A stretch of 64,000 nucleotides of DNA from a virus. Taxonomy: Duplodnaviria; Heunggongvirae; Uroviricota; Caudoviricetes. Each line of letters starts with the position of its first letter. The first letter of the stretch is position 1. Both the position numbers and the translations under genes were made by a program. The DNA is taken from the IMG/VR virus record IMGVR_UViG_3300029537_000168; one strand, written 5' to 3'. The notes below the pieces were generated by a model that saw only the letters and a list, made by a program, of their open reading frames with translations, was not told the origin of the DNA and did not search any database. Shown here piece after piece: positions 1 to 8,990 of this stretch.

Positions 1-215
1 ACGAAACGTATAACTTTAGGTGGGTCCACGCTTGTAAGGTTCATGTGAGCCTTGAATTTCACCCCCCCCCGTACGGCAAGATGATAGAGGACCTGGGAGT
101 CTTTCCCACCAGAAAACGCCAGATAAAATCCGTTTTCTGGGTCCATTCTCAATGCCATCTCTTCACTTTTGCGAAGAAGGTTAATGGAGTATTCTATTTT
201 TTCATCTAGTGTCAT
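1..215 (-). CDS. PAPS-reductase-family (PP-loop) protein, runs off window edge
   Basis: Manual translation MTLDEKIEYSINLLRKSE...FYLAFSGGKDSQVLYHLA...NLTSVDPP; SGGKDS PP-motif. Confidence 0.8.
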   Translation of the reverse strand, partial: MTLDEKIEYSINLLRKSEEMALRMDPENGFYLAFSGGKDSQVLYHLAVRGGVKFKAHMNLTSVDPPKVIRF

Positions 216-232
216 TTCTTTTAAATATTCAG

Positions 233-325
233 TCCCACGCCGGGGAGTCGAACCCCCTGATAAGCGAATTGTCAAACCTTTAAACTTTTGTATGGAAAAT
301 ATGCGCCGTCGCACGTTGCGTGGGA
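233..325 (-). ncRNA. tRNA-like RNA (acceptor stem, T-arm, short hairpin) with a non-tRNA AU-rich insert
   Basis: TCCCACGC/GCGTGGGA stem, GGGGG-TTCGACT-CCCCG T-arm, GTGCG-ACGG-CGCAT hairpin; no anticodon arm. Confidence 0.55.
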
Positions 326-342
326 GCCATTCTATATATAGG

Positions 343-705
343 CTATTTCACTTTCATTACATCACCAAAATTTTCACTGAACGAATCGTCTTCCCCCGGA
401 TTTCCCTGAAACCATATCTGAATCCCCAGGAACTTCGCCACGCGGAACTCTATGCGTGCTCCGCGGCTTTCCTTCCAGTTCGTCTGCAGATAGATATGCC
501 CGCAACGGGAAAGCAGCAGAATGTCCCACACCATGTGCATCCAGTACGGGCGCGATGGTTTCAGTCCGAGAATGATAGGATTCACGGGAGTGAAACCCAT
601 CTCGGCAATCTCCTGATCTGCATTATCAAAGTTCTTGTATGCCTGCAGGTAGGAAAGACCGCCTATTTTACCGGAGTTATAGCATTTTATGTTTTTCTTT
701 GCCAT
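343..705 (-). CDS. DUF4406-like (nucleoside deoxyribosyltransferase-like) protein
   Basis: YNSGKIGG...GFTPVNP...IYLQTNWKESRGARIE pattern. Confidence 0.75.
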   Translation of the reverse strand: MAKKNIKCYNSGKIGGLSYLQAYKNFDNADQEIAEMGFTPVNPIILGLKPSRPYWMHMVWDILLLSRCGHIYLQTNWKESRGARIEFRVAKFLGIQIWFQGNPGEDDSFSENFGDVMKVK

Positions 706-796
706 GTATTTCAGGTTTACAAAGGGCTCCGCACGGATGCGGAACCCTGAATTTACAAATACCTTTTATCACCCAACATGTCATTGTATGACATGG

Positions 797-839
797 CAAA
801 TGTAACAATTTTCAACCGAAATCGCATTAAAATTGTTGC
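797..839 (-). promoter_or_regulatory. -7 promoter element overlapped by palindromic operator (copy A)
   Basis: TACATTTG on minus; GTAACAATTTTCA-N12-TTAAAATTGTTGC. Confidence 0.65.
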
Positions 840-845
840 TAAATT

Positions 846-1022
846 TCATAAAACCTCCGATTTTACATGGATTCTTGCTGATGTAACAGATGCAATACGC
901 TGAATAAGTGATAGATAAATGCCGTCTTTGTCTTTTATGGTAAAAACGACGCTTCGTTCTACTCCTTTTTTGGCATTCCGGATAGATATTTCGGGCTCTT
1001 TTCCTGCTTCAATCCACTCCAT
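846..1022 (-). CDS. small hypothetical protein
   Basis: Manual ORF MEWIEAGKEPEISIRNAK..., fills gap in operon. Confidence 0.35.
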   Translation of the reverse strand: MEWIEAGKEPEISIRNAKKGVERSVVFTIKDKDGIYLSLIQRIASVTSARIHVKSEVL

Positions 1023-1098
1023 GAGTGCGGCCGCTGTGTACGACTGTTCGAAGCATAGAACGTAGGTCCGGTTGGCGAGTGTGAGTATAGAGTAAGGT

Positions 1099-1536
1099 TT
1101 ACCAGTTCAGTAATGAAAAACGTCTGGAATGTTTGGGATGCAGCATTTCCATTTTCCGCAGTCGTTCGTCGTCAATCACCACATTCGGCACATCGCACGA
1201 GTCGCAGGATGGTTTCATCACACGCACAATACCGAGCGCGACGGCCATTACCAGCAGGCGCTCGGCTGAATCGAGCGTGGCCCCTTCGTATCGGCTTCCG
1301 TGACCGCGTGCCAGAATCCATGGAGCGCCTTCCGGACGATTGCTGTAACGCATCACGCGAGGAAGACCCTTCACAGCCGAAAGCACAAACATATATTTTT
1401 CTTCCAGCCGGCTACGGCAAAAGGTATGCGCACCTTCCGTAAGTCCCGGAACGGTTACGGTTTCTCCGCAACGCTCGTTTGTGCGGTAGGTGGCATACTG
1501 GTATATGTGGTTTATTGTGTCGGTGGTGACGTTCAT
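1099..1536 (-). CDS. hypothetical protein
   Basis: 145-aa ORF, overlaps stop of methyltransferase. Confidence 0.6.
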   Translation of the reverse strand: MNVTTDTINHIYQYATYRTNERCGETVTVPGLTEGAHTFCRSRLEEKYMFVLSAVKGLPRVMRYSNRPEGAPWILARGHGSRYEGATLDSAERLLVMAVALGIVRVMKPSCDSCDVPNVVIDDERLRKMEMLHPKHSRRFSLLNW

Positions 1537-2198
1537 GGCTTAAATAAATCTCCTTGTATCAGTTTACCGTTTGCGGTATTAATTTCATTCATGCACTCCT
1601 CACGGAATCTATTTTCTTGCGCATCGAAATAATCTTTGTCTATTTCTGTGGCATAGAAATCAAATCCCATTTTGTAAGCTGCTATTCTGCTACTTCCGCT
1701 TCCAAGGTGAGTGTCCAGAATCTTATCACCTGGCTTAGCAAAAGTACGTAAAAGATAAGCATACAGGTCGATTGGCTTTTGCGTGGGATGAAATTTACCC
1801 TTGTCTGCTTTACCTCCCTTATTTGATATGCTTATATGCTTTGCTGGTTTATTAAACGATGTCCAGGCAAATTCGCATTGAGAGAAGTTTTCCCAAACTT
1901 GTTTTTTGTCCCAACATACAAAACATCTTGTTGGAGGAAGAGGAAAGTAATTACCTCCCCAAATAATCTGATTCTGGCTTACTCGAAACAATTCATCAAA
2001 GTATTCCTTCGTAGGACGGATGTCCCATCGCTGGATATTTCCCCTGTTTAGACACCTGTTTTTAAGTTTACCTCTTCCATGGGTACTTTTTTTGTCTAAT
2101 CCGTATGGAGGGTCCACGATGGCCAGTTCAAAAAACTTGTCGGGTATGGAGCGCATGTATTCCATGCAGTCCATGTTATATGTTTCGCTTATTGGCAT
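1533..2198 (-). CDS. orphan DNA methyltransferase (N6-A/N4-C, beta class)
   Basis: DPPY motif near N-terminus, HPTQKP, ILDTHLGSGS motif I. Confidence 0.9.
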   Translation of the reverse strand: MPISETYNMDCMEYMRSIPDKFFELAIVDPPYGLDKKSTHGRGKLKNRCLNRGNIQRWDIRPTKEYFDELFRVSQNQIIWGGNYFPLPPTRCFVCWDKKQVWENFSQCEFAWTSFNKPAKHISISNKGGKADKGKFHPTQKPIDLYAYLLRTFAKPGDKILDTHLGSGSSRIAAYKMGFDFYATEIDKDYFDAQENRFREECMNEINTANGKLIQGDLFKP

Positions 2199-2202
2199 AT
2201 CA

Positions 2203-2787
2203 CTATCTCACTACAAGATTATTCTTTTCAACCAGATGCACACAGTTTATTTGAGCCAGGCAGTCGGCCAGCGGAGTGTGTCTGTCCGCCACCTTCGGAG
2301 GAAGAAGACCTGCACTATCCAGAGCATCCATATACGGACGCACATCGCGCACTTTCCGGAAGTTCCACGGAAGCACTTCTTCGTCGCATCTGTACACGTT
2401 CAAGTTATACCATGAATACATGGAACGAAGCATAGCCACGTCGAAATCCAGCTGAAGACACCATAACGTGAAGTCGTTCCCTTCGTCCGTAGCAGCTATA
2501 AACTGCATGAAATCCTCCAGGAAATCCTCCAGTGGTGTTTCTGCTCCTTCCACAAATTCGCGTCGTGCTTCGTCCGACTGCATCATCCACCATTTCAGCG
2601 TGGATGCTTCTACCTTAAACCCATAGCGGATGGAGTCTGCAAGGTCAATTTTCCACACCTTTTGTCGTCCGGTTTCACCCGTTTGAGGGTCAAACTCTAC
2701 GGCAGCCACCGAACGGACCACGCTTCCAGGTGTCCTTCCCAGCGTTTCCGTATCTATCATTACATGCTTGAATTTCTTCTCTCCCAT
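2203..2787 (-). CDS. DEDDh 3'-5' exonuclease (DUF5051-like)
   Basis: HVMIDTETLG, STLKWW, FDVAML, RDVR, HTPLAD motifs. Confidence 0.8.
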   Translation of the reverse strand: MGEKKFKHVMIDTETLGRTPGSVVRSVAAVEFDPQTGETGRQKVWKIDLADSIRYGFKVEASTLKWWMMQSDEARREFVEGAETPLEDFLEDFMQFIAATDEGNDFTLWCLQLDFDVAMLRSMYSWYNLNVYRCDEEVLPWNFRKVRDVRPYMDALDSAGLLPPKVADRHTPLADCLAQINCVHLVEKNNLVVR

Positions 2788-2793
2788 AATCTT

Positions 2794-3078
2794 TCATTTA
2801 TGTTGAATCAGTCCGTCTTTACCCACACGGCGTTTCTGGTCTTCCGTAGCTTTTTCTTTCGGAAATCTTCCGTGCCATTTTCCTGGAACATATCTTACGT
2901 GATTTCCTGTTTCGTCAAACTCTATTTTACAGCATTCCGCACAAAGCGGTTTCCATTTGTACGGCAGAAGACTTTCGTCCCATTCTGCATCTGGCGCAAG
3001 TCTTGTCACAATGCTCCAGTATTCCGAAGTGGCGGTGTTGTCCACACACCCGCATTTTGCGCAAATAAAACATCCCAT
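2794..3078 (-). CDS. Cys-rich hypothetical protein
   Basis: CAKCGC and CAEC zinc-binding-like pairs. Confidence 0.6.
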   Translation of the reverse strand: MGCFICAKCGCVDNTATSEYWSIVTRLAPDAEWDESLLPYKWKPLCAECCKIEFDETGNHVRYVPGKWHGRFPKEKATEDQKRRVGKDGLIQHK

Positions 3079-3079
3079 G

Positions 3080-3214
3080 TCAATCCTCCATCATTTGTTT
3101 TATCATCTTCAGTAGTTCTTTAAATGCAGAAACAGTTATTCCTATTGCAAAAAGAATACTCCATCCAAAAGCTACACTTAATATAGCAACCAGAAAAATA
3201 TTAAACGGATTCAT
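3080..3214 (-). CDS. small membrane peptide
   Basis: MNPFNIFLVAILSVAFGWSILFAIG hydrophobic stretch. Confidence 0.45.
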   Translation of the reverse strand: MNPFNIFLVAILSVAFGWSILFAIGITVSAFKELLKMIKQMMED

Positions 3215-3407
3215 TATTTCTTTTGTATATAGGTTTTTCACGAAGCACATCCAGCGCCATGTCGGCCTTTCGCACCATGCCCAGCGTTTCCGACGCATAG
3301 AGGTCGCCGGCAGCCATGCGTGCCAGAAGTATCTCGCGGTATTCCGCACGCGAAACTACTTCACCAATTACCGGAGGCTTGCGGAAAAGATTCACCTGAT
3401 AGCTCAT
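3201..3407 (-). CDS. hypothetical protein
   Basis: 68-aa ORF, overlaps neighbours. Confidence 0.5.
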   Translation of the reverse strand: MSYQVNLFRKPPVIGEVVSRAEYREILLARMAAGDLYASETLGMVRKADMALDVLREKPIYKRNNESV

Positions 3408-3883
3408 ACTTTCTTCCGTTTTGATTCAAACTCCTGCTGGAGGATGGTTTCGTATTCCTCTCCCAGCGGATAGCGGCTGCACAGGTACGCCTTTCCGTTG
3501 TAGATAAACCACTGCGGAGTGTGCTGGCGGTTTATAGGAATGCCAAACGCCACCCGAAAATCGCCGGAGGTCACGTCCGGCAGGTCCATGATTTTACGTG
3601 CTATCTCCTGCCCTTTCTCGTTCTGCATATTCGGGATATATTCTCCCTTACCGATAAACTGGTAGGCAAAAAGGTTGGGAACTCTATGGAACTTCAGGCT
3701 TCCGATTCCTACTCCCGGGAACAGCCGTCCCGGACGGTCCGTCCGCGATTCAGCACCCAGACTGGCAGCCAGTTCGTTGGCCGCTTCCACCGCTCTATTC
3801 CCTTTATCAATCAGTTCCTGAATGCAGCGTCCGCGATGCGTGTTCGATAGCGACACCTTGTAGTAATATCTTTTTTCTTCCAT
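3404..3883 (-). CDS. hypothetical protein
   Basis: 159-aa ORF in operon. Confidence 0.6.
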   Translation of the reverse strand: MEEKRYYYKVSLSNTHRGRCIQELIDKGNRAVEAANELAASLGAESRTDRPGRLFPGVGIGSLKFHRVPNLFAYQFIGKGEYIPNMQNEKGQEIARKIMDLPDVTSGDFRVAFGIPINRQHTPQWFIYNGKAYLCSRYPLGEEYETILQQEFESKRKKV

Positions 3884-3996
3884 GCCGTTTTCAGATAAAT
3901 TGTTTTACAAGACAAATGATTCCATACAGGCAGAATCCTGCTACCAGAACCAGGCCAATCAGGATAAGGCATCCCTGCATGGCCATCTTCTTAAAT

Positions 3997-4362
3997 TCAT
4001 TCATAATCCACTCCTTTCTCCAGCGTCATGCCGGGAATGTAATACATTCCGCAGGTGTTCAGTTTTTCGAGCGCCGTCTGTATGCTCTTCTGTGAATTAT
4101 TCACGTAGTTCACCAGATAAGCTTTCTTCCCATTGTACATAGCAGGAATGAATACCGGCATCACCTGGTTCCACGGCAGCACACCTCGCGGCACATTACG
4201 CATCAGGCAGTCGTCTGTGGGAATTTCCTCGGCATCCTTTGGCAGATGTTCAAGAAAAATGTGTGAGTCGCCTTCCTCGGCGAGCGTAGTAATAAGGGGA
4301 TTTTGCAGTTTAGAAAACAGAGCTTTGTTAAGCTCCCTGCGTCGTTGGTTAGTATAGATCAT
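3997..4362 (-). CDS. hypothetical protein
   Basis: ORF; start moved to MIYTNQ because upstream ATGs overlap the promoter. Confidence 0.55.
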   Translation of the reverse strand: MIYTNQRRRELNKALFSKLQNPLITTLAEEGDSHIFLEHLPKDAEEIPTDDCLMRNVPRGVLPWNQVMPVFIPAMYNGKKAYLVNYVNNSQKSIQTALEKLNTCGMYYIPGMTLEKGVDYE

Positions 4363-4406
4363 TTGCCCTGCTTTAATGGTTAATTCATTGTTTTTCTTTC
4401 GCATGG

Positions 4407-4449
4407 CAAATGTAACAATTTTTAGCAAGAATCGCATTAAAATTGCACG
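4407..4449 (-). promoter_or_regulatory. -7 promoter plus operator (copy B)
   Basis: Near-identical to 797-839. Confidence 0.65.
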
Positions 4450-4562
4450 TAAAATTCAAAAAACCACCGGTTCACGCCTGATCCGGTGCTGATTATCAAT
4501 TAATTGAAGTATGTTGTAAAAACTATTCAAATTATTAAAATCTATTCTGTTTTTTGCATAAG

Positions 4563-5795
4563 TCACGCAACCCTGAAAGGACTGCTGTACCTTATCGGAC
4601 GCAACAACCGCCCGCTACCGGTTATCTGACTGATACAATCAGAATCACCGACTACTTTTCTTAAAATGTTTACTGCTCCATTTACATCGGCATTGATGTA
4701 TCTGCCTGTAGAAGAACGGAACAATCCACGTTTTACTCTCTTTCCGAGATACGACTCATGTTTCCCGATTTCTTCCTTTGCAAGCGCATCACACTTTGAT
4801 GTATAGGATTCTTCATTTTCCACGAACCGTATTCCAGCCATTCTACATTTATATTTCAGATAGGAAGCCAGTCTCGCAAACGGAATCTGCACAAACTTCT
4901 GATTGTTGCGCTTTCCGATGTTTACCGACTGCTTCCAGCCGGTGTTGTAGCCTACAACTAAGTTTCCTATTCTGTTTTCTATAAGATGATTGACTATCAT
5001 GCGGCTGTATTTATGAAATGCGTCCTCAAAGTATCTGTCACGCTTTTCATAAAGATTTTGCATTCGCTTTGTAGCTTTCTTTATTCCCTGCTTGTCCTTT
5101 ATGCTTTGCAGCTTTGCAAGCTGACGGTTAAAGTTCCCGTTGTAAGACTTCAGGAACTTGCCGCTGTAAAGAAAGCTGCCTTTATCCGTTACCATCGTAG
5201 CCAGATTATCGATGCCTAAATCTATTGAAGCGTATTTGGACTTGTCTAAATCTGCATCTTTAACCTCTTGACGGTAAACTATTTCAACTTTCAGTTTCTT
5301 GCCGGAAGGAAGTATCCTTACCTGCTGAAAGTTCTGAATACGTTCCTTGTACTTATCCCATTGAGGAATAGGGATAATAAGGTTTTTGGCAAGACGGATC
5401 ATTCCGTCCTTAATTCTTGCCGACTGATTAGAATAATACAGGTTAAACAGGCTGCCGCGCTTTCTGAAAGAAGGAAGCTGCGGCATTGCCTTGTATTTTG
5501 CAGGATGTGCCTTGAAGTCCTTTATTGCCTTGCAGTATGCTTTCACATTTCTGTCCAGAACCTTCAGGATTTGCTGCGAAACCTGAGCTTTCAGAAGTTT
5601 ATAGTTTATCTCTCCCTCAAGATTAGGCCTAGCTTTCATCAGCTTATCCATGTCGGCATACCACAGCCATTTATTCTCATTCTTGAGAGAATGACGGAAC
5701 AGGTATAAAGCCTGATTGTACAGGTTGTTTGAAACCTTGCACAAGTTTACAAGATGTTCTGTTTGCGGTATGTAAAAGCTATAAATCAAGTTCAT
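4563..5795 (-). CDS. tnpB: TnpB RNA-guided endonuclease (IS200/IS605 OrfB family), no TnpA
   Basis: ASIDLGIDNLAT (RuvC-I), EESYTSKC, INADVNGAVNI (RuvC-III), N-terminal NNLYNQALY. Confidence 0.92.
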   Translation of the reverse strand: MNLIYSFYIPQTEHLVNLCKVSNNLYNQALYLFRHSLKNENKWLWYADMDKLMKARPNLEGEINYKLLKAQVSQQILKVLDRNVKAYCKAIKDFKAHPAKYKAMPQLPSFRKRGSLFNLYYSNQSARIKDGMIRLAKNLIIPIPQWDKYKERIQNFQQVRILPSGKKLKVEIVYRQEVKDADLDKSKYASIDLGIDNLATMVTDKGSFLYSGKFLKSYNGNFNRQLAKLQSIKDKQGIKKATKRMQNLYEKRDRYFEDAFHKYSRMIVNHLIENRIGNLVVGYNTGWKQSVNIGKRNNQKFVQIPFARLASYLKYKCRMAGIRFVENEESYTSKCDALAKEEIGKHESYLGKRVKRGLFRSSTGRYINADVNGAVNILRKVVGDSDCISQITGSGRLLRPIRYSSPFRVA

Positions 5796-5932
5796 TTTTC
5801 AATTCTTCTTTTATTTCATTTTCTTTTACCGTCTTATTACAAGAAACTTTTATACTTAAAATATTAAAATCAGAATAAAATCAGATTTAAAAGAAAATAT
5901 TATCCCACATCTAGAATAATATTCAATTAAAA

Positions 5933-6820
5933 TCAGGTTCGTGTAATTGAATCAATTACTTTTCTGTTTGCTTTATTAAGCAAATCTGTGCTTATGCTTG
6001 ATAAATATATACGTGTAGTTTCCACATTGTCGTGCCCTAATGCCTGACTGATTATCGGAATGTCAATTCTGTTATCTCTGGCTATGCTTGCCCAACTATG
6101 CCTGGCTACATACATAGTAACAGGTACAGAAAGATTCAATTTTTTGCTTATCTGTTTTAAGTAAACATTTGTTCGTTGCATAGTGCTTTTGGGGGTAGAC
6201 TGTATGGCTTTACTTAGCAGCTCATCTCTGTTTTCCCTTGCATATTTTTTCAAAATCTCACGAGCCTTTGGGTGTACTCCGACAATCAGCAATTGTTCGG
6301 TTTTTCTTCGTTTATATTCTATGGTATTACCTTTCAGATTCTCCTTTTTCAATCCAATCAAATCAACAGGAGCCATACCTCTCAGATAAAAAGAAAGCAT
6401 AAATAAATCCTTTGCTTTTTCTTCTTTATCCGATTGGGGTTCATACTGATAGAATTTACGGAAATCAGACAAGTTTAAAGCTCTATGTACCGTTTTTTCA
6501 TTTCCGGTAAAAACACGCCTAAATGGTTTCTTATCTTTAACCATATCTGCATTTACGGCACGATTGTATATAGCCCTGAATATTCTACAATAAAAAGACT
6601 GGGTGTTCTTCGTGCTACCGTTATTATATCGGATATAATCAGAAAAACGTTCTGCCATATCCGCATTTATATCACATATTCTTACATCTTTACCGTTTGA
6701 AAACTCTTTAAATTTCTTTTTAAAAGACAGATAATTCTGATATAATCTTTCTCTGTTCTGTTTTTTGAAAGAATTTAATATTTCATCCGTGTATTTTATA
6801 AGTGTTATATTGTAGTTCAT
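5933..6820 (-). CDS. tyrosine recombinase/integrase (SAM-like plus catalytic domain, no arm-binding domain)
   Basis: YLRGMAPVDL, KRRKT, YVARHSWA, LGHDNVETTRIY. Confidence 0.9.
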   Translation of the reverse strand: MNYNITLIKYTDEILNSFKKQNRERLYQNYLSFKKKFKEFSNGKDVRICDINADMAERFSDYIRYNNGSTKNTQSFYCRIFRAIYNRAVNADMVKDKKPFRRVFTGNEKTVHRALNLSDFRKFYQYEPQSDKEEKAKDLFMLSFYLRGMAPVDLIGLKKENLKGNTIEYKRRKTEQLLIVGVHPKAREILKKYARENRDELLSKAIQSTPKSTMQRTNVYLKQISKKLNLSVPVTMYVARHSWASIARDNRIDIPIISQALGHDNVETTRIYLSSISTDLLNKANRKVIDSITRT

Positions 6821-7271
6821 TATTTGTTTTATTTTTAGTTAATTTATTATCTTTTTTCCCGTTTACATAACGAATTATTGATCCGTCAATCACGTACCAG
6901 TTTTCCAGGCTGGTTCCAAGTTGTGAAAACTGGGGATAAAGTTCGGGAGCTTTGGTGTATAGCCTTCTGGCATGCTGGCGGCAGAACTCGTCCGTTACGA
7001 AAGGAGGACGGACATCATCAGCCTGACGGCTGATTTGGTCGGCTGCTTCAATATCTCCCCGTTGAAATTCCATCAGACAGTCCCTATATAGCTGGAGCCA
7101 TTCTTTATACGGACGATACATCTGGGTGGCAGGATGGTTGAGCCATCCGCGGCCTTTTCCGTTGATAGCGCGGAGAATCTGTTCAGCTTCTATAATCTGT
7201 TTGTTAAGCCGCCGTTTGTCAAGCTGCCTGGCGGTTTGCAGGCAGCTTGGCGATGGTAGGAATATTTGCAT
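6783..7271 (-). CDS. pyrimidine-dimer DNA glycosylase / endonuclease V-like protein
   Basis: MQIFLP...LDKRRLNKQIIEAEQIL...GWLNHPATQMY. Confidence 0.75.
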   Translation of the reverse strand: MQIFLPSPSCLQTARQLDKRRLNKQIIEAEQILRAINGKGRGWLNHPATQMYRPYKEWLQLYRDCLMEFQRGDIEAADQISRQADDVRPPFVTDEFCRQHARRLYTKAPELYPQFSQLGTSLENWYVIDGSIIRYVNGKKDNKLTKNKTNNELQYNTYKIHG

Positions 7272-7283
7272 GATCACTGTTTT

Positions 7284-7703
7284 TTATCTTCTGTTCTCCT
7301 CTTCAATATTGGCAATCATTTCCTCGTAAACTTGCGGAGTTGTTGCCGGGCCCTCGGTGTCGGTCGTACCGATTTGACGTATCACCACCTCACAACCCAG
7401 GAAGTGAGCCATGCGCAGGAAGTTCACTATGTGCGTGTCTTTTCCACGAGAGATGTCGCGGATAGCTTCGTAGGAAACGCCCGTATCTTTGTCGGCCGTC
7501 ATGAAGTGAACTCCGCAAATCTCCGCACGGGTGAACAGGAATTTACCTATTTCCTTGGCCGAATTAATTGCACTGTCCGGATAACGCGGAGGATTTTTCG
7601 GCAGATTCAGTGCACGATGAATGTTGTAGCGGCGGTATCTTACCACCAGATAGCCTGCAAAAAGCAGGACGCAGATAACTGAGAAAATTGTTGTTCCGTC
7701 CAT
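7284..7703 (-). CDS. membrane-anchored protein with possible HTH
   Basis: N-terminal TM helix; ADKDTGVSYEAIRDISRG HTH-like segment. Confidence 0.55.
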   Translation of the reverse strand: MDGTTIFSVICVLLFAGYLVVRYRRYNIHRALNLPKNPPRYPDSAINSAKEIGKFLFTRAEICGVHFMTADKDTGVSYEAIRDISRGKDTHIVNFLRMAHFLGCEVVIRQIGTTDTEGPATTPQVYEEMIANIEEENRR

Positions 7704-7707
7704 AATT

Positions 7708-7935
7708 TTACTCTATTTCGTTTAAACTTTCAATTGATTCTTCAATGCTTGAGAGAGCTTCTTCCATGTATTCTATGTACTCTTGTATCCGTTCTCCTTT
7801 TTCTGATTCCTGGAAAGACTCAGGGAGGTTATCAAAGGCTTCCTGTTCTTCGTCTTTGAGTTCTTCAAGTTCCTCATATACTTTTCTTAACGACTCTCTT
7901 ACGTCTTCGATTTCTTTTCTTCTTTTCTTATTCAT
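7708..7935 (-). CDS. acidic coiled-coil hypothetical protein
   Basis: MNKKRRKEI...DEEQEAFDNLPESFQESEKGE, common phage pattern. Confidence 0.65.
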   Translation of the reverse strand: MNKKRRKEIEDVRESLRKVYEELEELKDEEQEAFDNLPESFQESEKGERIQEYIEYMEEALSSIEESIESLNEIE

Positions 7936-8055
7936 ACGTTTATAATTTAAAAATGAAGAAGGCCGGCGGAGTATTACTCTCCGTCGGCCTTTGCTCTAAC
8001 TTAAAACTTCGCTTCGCAGCGGTAGGAAATTATGATAAATATTTTTGGATATAAA

Positions 8056-8721
8056 TTAACCATCACCAACGCCACAGTCATAAATTTCAGTAATCTTGCG
8101 CCCTTCATGCGATAAACCCGAAGATAGCAGTTTTTCTTTAACGTATCTACGAAAGCCTTCATTCGACTGTACGCCTGAATACCTCGATGCCATACCGTAA
8201 AAGCGTTTAGGAATAGATATTTTATATCCTAATATTTCCTTCTTTATATAGTCATAATCAAAATGAAAAAACCTTTCATTATCTTTTTCAGTAAAGTAAG
8301 AAAAATCAATTTCTATATTATTTTCCACGCAGAATTTATAAGTTTTTTCGCATTCCTGTTTATATCTTTCATAAGCCAATGCTCTTTGCTTATCCTTGCG
8401 CTCTTGTTCTGCTTTCCATAATTCCTCTCTTTCTCTTTTACACTTCAGCACATACTTTAACACAGTTCCTTTAAGTGATACAAACTCACCATTCATTCCA
8501 CCGCGAGGGGCGTCGTTCCCTATTTCATGGCTTATGCCATGCTCTGTAAGAAGTTTATCCAGTTCTTCGGTATAACTCTTTTTATAATAGTAACCTCCAC
8601 TATACCGGCTCCGTACAGTATATGCTTTCCCATTGCGTAATAAATCATCTACATATTGATTCATTACTACACTTTTCTTCTTGTCTGAAAGCTCTCTTAG
8701 TTTTTCTATTTGTGTTTTCAT
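8056..8721 (-). CDS. hypothetical early protein
   Basis: 221-aa ORF with GNDAPRGG motif. Confidence 0.65.
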   Translation of the reverse strand: MKTQIEKLRELSDKKKSVVMNQYVDDLLRNGKAYTVRSRYSGGYYYKKSYTEELDKLLTEHGISHEIGNDAPRGGMNGEFVSLKGTVLKYVLKCKREREELWKAEQERKDKQRALAYERYKQECEKTYKFCVENNIEIDFSYFTEKDNERFFHFDYDYIKKEILGYKISIPKRFYGMASRYSGVQSNEGFRRYVKEKLLSSGLSHEGRKITEIYDCGVGDG

Positions 8722-8990
8722 TGATTTTACTTTTAAAATAATAATTCAGTTATAAAACAGATATAGGAATTATGATGATTTTTTTTGATATAAGATATAA
8801 ATACTATTTTTGTGCCGTCAAGGGATCGTCCCTTGTGGATTAAAACGAAAATCTACCATCGGTAGGTTTTCAGTTGTGAATTGCTTCACACTTTTAGTAT
8901 CTTAGCGCGGCGTACTCCGTCGCGCTTTTTATTTATTTCTATAAACCAGACTACATCATCATACTTCCTCCTTCGTTTCGAGTGTGCATC

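Noticed and set aside
233..325. Functional tRNA or tmRNA gene
   Set aside because: No anticodon stem-loop, no encoded CCA, and too short for tmRNA.
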